A DNA stretch of 18,277 nucleotides from an uncultured Coriobacteriia bacterium (GTDB lineage Bacteria > Actinomycetota > Coriobacteriia > Coriobacteriales > Eggerthellaceae). The first letter of the stretch is position 1, and every line of letters starts with the position of its first letter. The notes beneath the pieces were generated by a model that made no database searches, was not told the origin of the DNA, and saw only the letters and a program-made list of their open reading frames with translations. Of the stretch, positions 15,552-18,277 are shown piece by piece. Location: assembly GCA_949288145.1 (NCBI GenBank), contig CASEJD010000175.1, positions 1 through 18,277 on the forward strand, given 5' to 3'. A program made the position numbers and the translations under genes.

Positions 15552-16701
15552 CCGTATCAAGCTCCTTCAATGCTTCCAAGACGTCCGATTCATCGGACGA
15601 GTTCTCCCAACTCAAAAGGTCGTCGAGGGCCGAAGACTCCTCCTCGAGCGTGACGACGTCGTACGACTCGCCCGCGCCGCCAAGCTCCGCGGCCTTCGCG
15701 CACGCGTCCTCCAGGGTGCCTAGCTCGTCGGCCAGGCCGTTCTCCACCGCGTCGATGCCGGTGAACGTCAGGCCGGTGGCCAGCGCGCGCACGTCCTCGA
15801 TGTCCATGCCGCGGCCTTCGGCAACCGTCTCGAGGAAAGTCTCGTTGATCTGGTCGACCGTGTGCTGGTAGCTCGCGCGCTCCTCGTCGGTGAGGGGGCG
15901 CGTTCCGTAGCTCGAGTCCTTGCTCTCGGCGGACGTGATGTTCTCGATGTCGATGCCGAGCTTCTCGTAGAGGCCGGACAAGTCCGTCACCTGCATGGCG
16001 GTGCCGATGGACCCGATGGCGGTGCTCTTCGCGGTGTAGATCCAGTCCGCCTGCGACGAGATCTCGTATGCCGCGCTGGCGTTCATGGACGCGCTCGAGA
16101 CGACGACCGGCTTCGAGAAGTCCTTCACGTACGCAGCCATCTCCTCGCCCGCAGTTGCCGTGCCGCCGCCAGAATCGACGCGCAAGACGACCGCCTTGAT
16201 GTCAGGGTCCTCCTCCGCCTCGTCGAGCAGAGCCTTCAACCCTTCGGGAGAGCACGCCGACCCGTCGTACTGGATGGTGCCGGACAGGTTGATGACCGCG
16301 ATGGTGGGGCCGGTCGTGGCGACCGGCGACGAGCTTTCGAGCGACGTGCCGAGCGACGTGACGCCGCTGAACGCGTTCGAGCACGAGAACATGCCGAACA
16401 TGAGCGCAATGAACAGCAAGATCACGGCCACGAGGGCGACGATCCACCCCCGGCGCGGCTGCTGCTGGGGCACGGCGTACGCGGCTCCGGGATAGCCGGC
16501 CACGGGCTGCTGCGGCTGCACCGGCGGTTGCTGCTGCGCCTGGTGAGCTTGCGATTGCGGCTGCTGCGGGGCCTGTTGCTGCGGGGCCTGCTGCGGCTGC
16601 TGTGGGGCTTGCGGTTGCGGCTGCTGTGGCTGCTGCCATGCGTGCTGTTGCCAATCGTCCTGCCGCACGGCGCCTCCTTTCGATCTTCGGCTCCTCTTCA
16701 T
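15532..16701 (-). CDS. sppA: Signal peptide peptidase SppA (S49, 36K type) with a Gln/Pro-rich N-terminal tail and one TM helix
   Basis: TM segment WIVALVAVILLFIALMFGMF. S49 blocks IAVINLSGTI..., KAVVLRVDSGGGTATA, VVSSASMNASAAYEISSQADWIYTAKSTAIGSIG. The start is either ATG 16701 (no SD) or GTG 16668, which has AAAGGAGG 4 nt upstream. Confidence 0.85.
   Translation of the reverse strand: MKRSRRSKGGAVRQDDWQQHAWQQPQQPQPQAPQQPQQAPQQQAPQQPQSQAHQAQQQPPVQPQQPVAGYPGAAYAVPQQQPRRGWIVALVAVILLFIALMFGMFSCSNAFSGVTSLGTSLESSSPVATTGPTIAVINLSGTIQYDGSACSPEGLKALLDEAEEDPDIKAVVLRVDSGGGTATAGEEMAAYVKDFSKPVVVSSASMNASAAYEISSQADWIYTAKSTAIGSIGTAMQVTDLSGLYEKLGIDIENITSAESKDSSYGTRPLTDEERASYQHTVDQINETFLETVAEGRGMDIEDVRALATGLTFTGIDAVENGLADELGTLEDACAKAAELGGAGESYDVVTLEEESSALDDLLSWENSSDESDVLEALKELDTDGSIVK
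16476..16653 (-). repeat. Imperfect in-frame tandem repeats (CAG/CCG-rich) encoding the SppA Q/P-rich tail
   Basis: An example is the pair of adjacent 15-nt units ctgctgcggggcctg (16561-16575) and ttgctgcggggcctg (16576-16590). Surrounding variants include gcggctgctg and ggcttgcggttgcgg. Protein: WQQHAWQQPQQPQPQAPQQPQQAPQQQAPQQPQSQAHQAQQQPPVQPQQP. Confidence 0.6.
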
Positions 16702-16807
16702 GCGAGAGGACCGCGCCCATCGTGCGGGCGCGGCCCCCTATTATACGGTCTTGCACTGCGCGCGAGCCGGGCATTCGCCCATTCGCGCCGAAACTCCAGC
16801 AGGCTCT
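16702..16807 (-). promoter_or_regulatory. rho-sppA intergenic region: candidate -10 TATAAT and a GC hairpin (rho terminator or sppA leader element)
   Basis: Perfect TATAAT on the minus strand at 16740-16745 with no good -35. Hairpin CCGCGCCC-7 nt-GGGCGCGG at 16711-16733, with no U tract. The roles are not resolved. Confidence 0.3.
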
Positions 16808-18277
16808 TTACAGCGCGAAGCCGTCTTCGCCGCGATGGCCGGCTTGCGCCTTCTTGGCCGTGCGCAGCAAGAACTCCTGGTTGGTCTCGGTCTGCTTGAT
16901 GGACTTGATGAGCGTGTCCATGGCGCGCTCGGTGTTGTTCATGTTCGACAGGATGCGGCGGACCGCCCAGATGAGCGGCGCCTCCTGCGGGTCGAGCAGC
17001 AGGTCCTCTTTGCGCGTGCCCGACTGGATAGGGTCGATGGCCGGGAAGATGCGGCGGTCGGCCAGGTTGCGGTCGAGACGCAGCTCCATGTTGCCCGTGC
17101 CCTTGAACTCCTCGAAGATGACCTCGTCCATCTTCGACCCCGTGTCGATAAGCGCGGAGGCGAGGATGGTGAGGCTGCCGCCGTGCTCGATATTGCGCGC
17201 GGCGCCCAGGAAGCGCTTCGGCGGGTAGAGCGCGGTGGAGTCCACGCCGCCGGAGAGGATACGGCCGCTGGCGGGCTGCGCCAGGTTGTACGCGCGCGCC
17301 AGGCGCGTGATGCTGTCGAGCAGGATGACGACGTCCTCGCCGCACTCAACGAGGCGCTTTGCGCGCTCGACGACCATCTCGGCGACGGCGATGTGGTTCT
17401 CGCACGGCATGTCGAACGTGGAGGAGATGACCTCGCCCTTGATGGAGCGCTGCATGTCGGTGACCTCTTCGGGACGCTCGTCGACGAGCAGGCACATGAG
17501 GTGCACTTCCGGGTTGTTCGCCGTGATGGCGGCGGCGATGTCCTTCAGGATGGTGGTCTTACCGGCCTTCGGCGGAGAGACGATCAGGCCGCGCTGGCCT
17601 TTGCCGATGGGCGCCGTCAGGTCGATCACGCGAGCCGTGACCGTGTTCTTGCCATGCTCCATGAGCAAGCGCTGGTCCGGGTAGACCGGCGTGAGGTCGG
17701 CGAAGCGGGGACGGTGCCCCAGCTCTTCGAGCGGCGTGCCGTTGACCGTGAGCAGCGTCTGGACGGCGGCGAACTTCTCGTTGTCGCGCTTCGGGCGCAG
17801 CTGGCCGCGCAGGCAGTCTCCCTTGCGCAGGCCGTTGCGACGGATCATGGCGGCGCTCACGTACGCGTCGTGCTCGCTCGGAAGGTAGCCCTGCGTGCGC
17901 AGGAAGCCGTAACCGTCGGGCATGGTGTCGAGGATGCCCTCGACCTCGATGAAGCCTTCGGCCTGCATGCTGGCGGCGAACACCGCCTCGACGAGCTCGG
18001 CCTTCTTGAGGCCGGCGACGTCCAGCTCGAGCTCCGCCGCCTTCTCGCGCAGCTCCGCCACTTTGAGCGCGGCGAGCTCTTCGCGCGTGACGCTCGGACG
18101 GACCTCGCGGTTGCCGCCGCCCTGGTGCTGGCGGCGCTGACGGCGCTGGCCGTCGCGGTCGCGGCGGTCTTGGCGATCGTGCTGTTGGCCTTTGGCGCCC
18201 TTGCGCTCGCGCGGCGTGCGCTCGGGGCGCTGACGGCGCTTACGTCCCTCATCGGATTCGGCGTGCTGCTCGGCGGA
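16808..18277 (-). CDS. rho: Transcription termination factor Rho; N-terminus probably lies beyond the window edge
   Basis: Helix-bundle motif ELAALKVAELREKAAELELDVAGLKKAELVEAV. CSD-like GFIEVEGILDTMPDGYGFLR. Walker A PPKAGKTTIL. Also LLVDERPEEV and ARNIEHGGSLTILASAL. The track starts at GTG 18061, but that Val sits inside the conserved LK-V-AEL motif. The same frame stays open for all 72 codons up to 18277, encoding an Arg/Gln/Asp-rich segment. Confidence 0.9.
   Translation of the reverse strand, partial: SAEQHAESDEGRKRRQRPERTPRERKGAKGQQHDRQDRRDRDGQRRQRRQHQGGGNREVRPSVTREELAALKVAELREKAAELELDVAGLKKAELVEAVFAASMQAEGFIEVEGILDTMPDGYGFLRTQGYLPSEHDAYVSAAMIRRNGLRKGDCLRGQLRPKRDNEKFAAVQTLLTVNGTPLEELGHRPRFADLTPVYPDQRLLMEHGKNTVTARVIDLTAPIGKGQRGLIVSPPKAGKTTILKDIAAAITANNPEVHLMCLLVDERPEEVTDMQRSIKGEVISSTFDMPCENHIAVAEMVVERAKRLVECGEDVVILLDSITRLARAYNLAQPASGRILSGGVDSTALYPPKRFLGAARNIEHGGSLTILASALIDTGSKMDEVIFEEFKGTGNMELRLDRNLADRRIFPAIDPIQSGTRKEDLLLDPQEAPLIWAVRRILSNMNNTERAMDTLIKSIKQTETNQEFLLRTAKKAQAGHRGEDGFAL

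Noticed and set aside
16476-16653. Repetitive GC-rich DNA that might be a CRISPR array or a non-coding tandem repeat
   Set aside because: The units are short (6-15 nt), degenerate, contiguous without spacers, and stay in frame within sppA, encoding a Q/P-rich tail. No repeat-spacer periodicity and no cas genes.
1-18277. Mobile elements, integrases, tRNA/rRNA genes, toxin-antitoxin or known defence genes
   Set aside because: Reading all intergenic regions and ORF translations, I found no transposase/integrase motifs, terminal inverted repeats, tRNA-like cloverleaf candidates or defence-system signatures. The STAND-like NTPase ends in a SARP DNA-binding module, not an effector domain, so I treat it as a regulator rather than an Avs-type defence protein.

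Overview
GC-rich window (about two-thirds G+C by eye) that looks like actinobacterial chromosome. Gene content and the rpmE leader suggest Coriobacteriia/Eggerthellaceae, but I could not verify that without a search. I support 14 protein-coding genes. From the left: a 3'-truncated CCA-adding enzyme (-); a large P-loop/STAND-like regulator with a C-terminal SARP (winged-helix + BTAD) output (+); and an accessory-looking amide-hydrolysis module, namely an M20D amidohydrolase + MFS transporter operon (-) divergent from a YtcJ-type amidohydrolase (+). The rest is a long minus-strand run: thiC-thiD behind a clear TPP riboswitch, two paralogous small Cys-rich proteins, thiamine pyrophosphokinase, rpmE (L31), metG, sppA, and a 5'-truncated rho. 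I saw no tRNA/rRNA, CRISPR array, transposase or integrase. The most interesting item is the tandem pair of small ORFs at 11269-11876. Both have an acidic N-terminal segment ending in a double-glycine, bacteriocin-leader-like motif (L-[DS]-[EQ]-[AV]-S-G-G), followed by CxxC...CxxC zinc-ribbon-like cores. No transporter or maturase is visible nearby. Other oddities: the reversed-order STAND-SARP regulator; a 92-aa Ala/Glu/Lys-rich tail on L31; a Gln/Pro-rich tail on SppA encoded by imperfect tandem repeats; an Arg-rich extension N-terminal to the Rho helix bundle; and a long structured leader plus phased direct repeats in the divergent intergenic region of the hydrolase module. All product calls come from motifs read in the translations. 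No database search was possible. The many long antisense ORFs in the track are high-GC artefacts.
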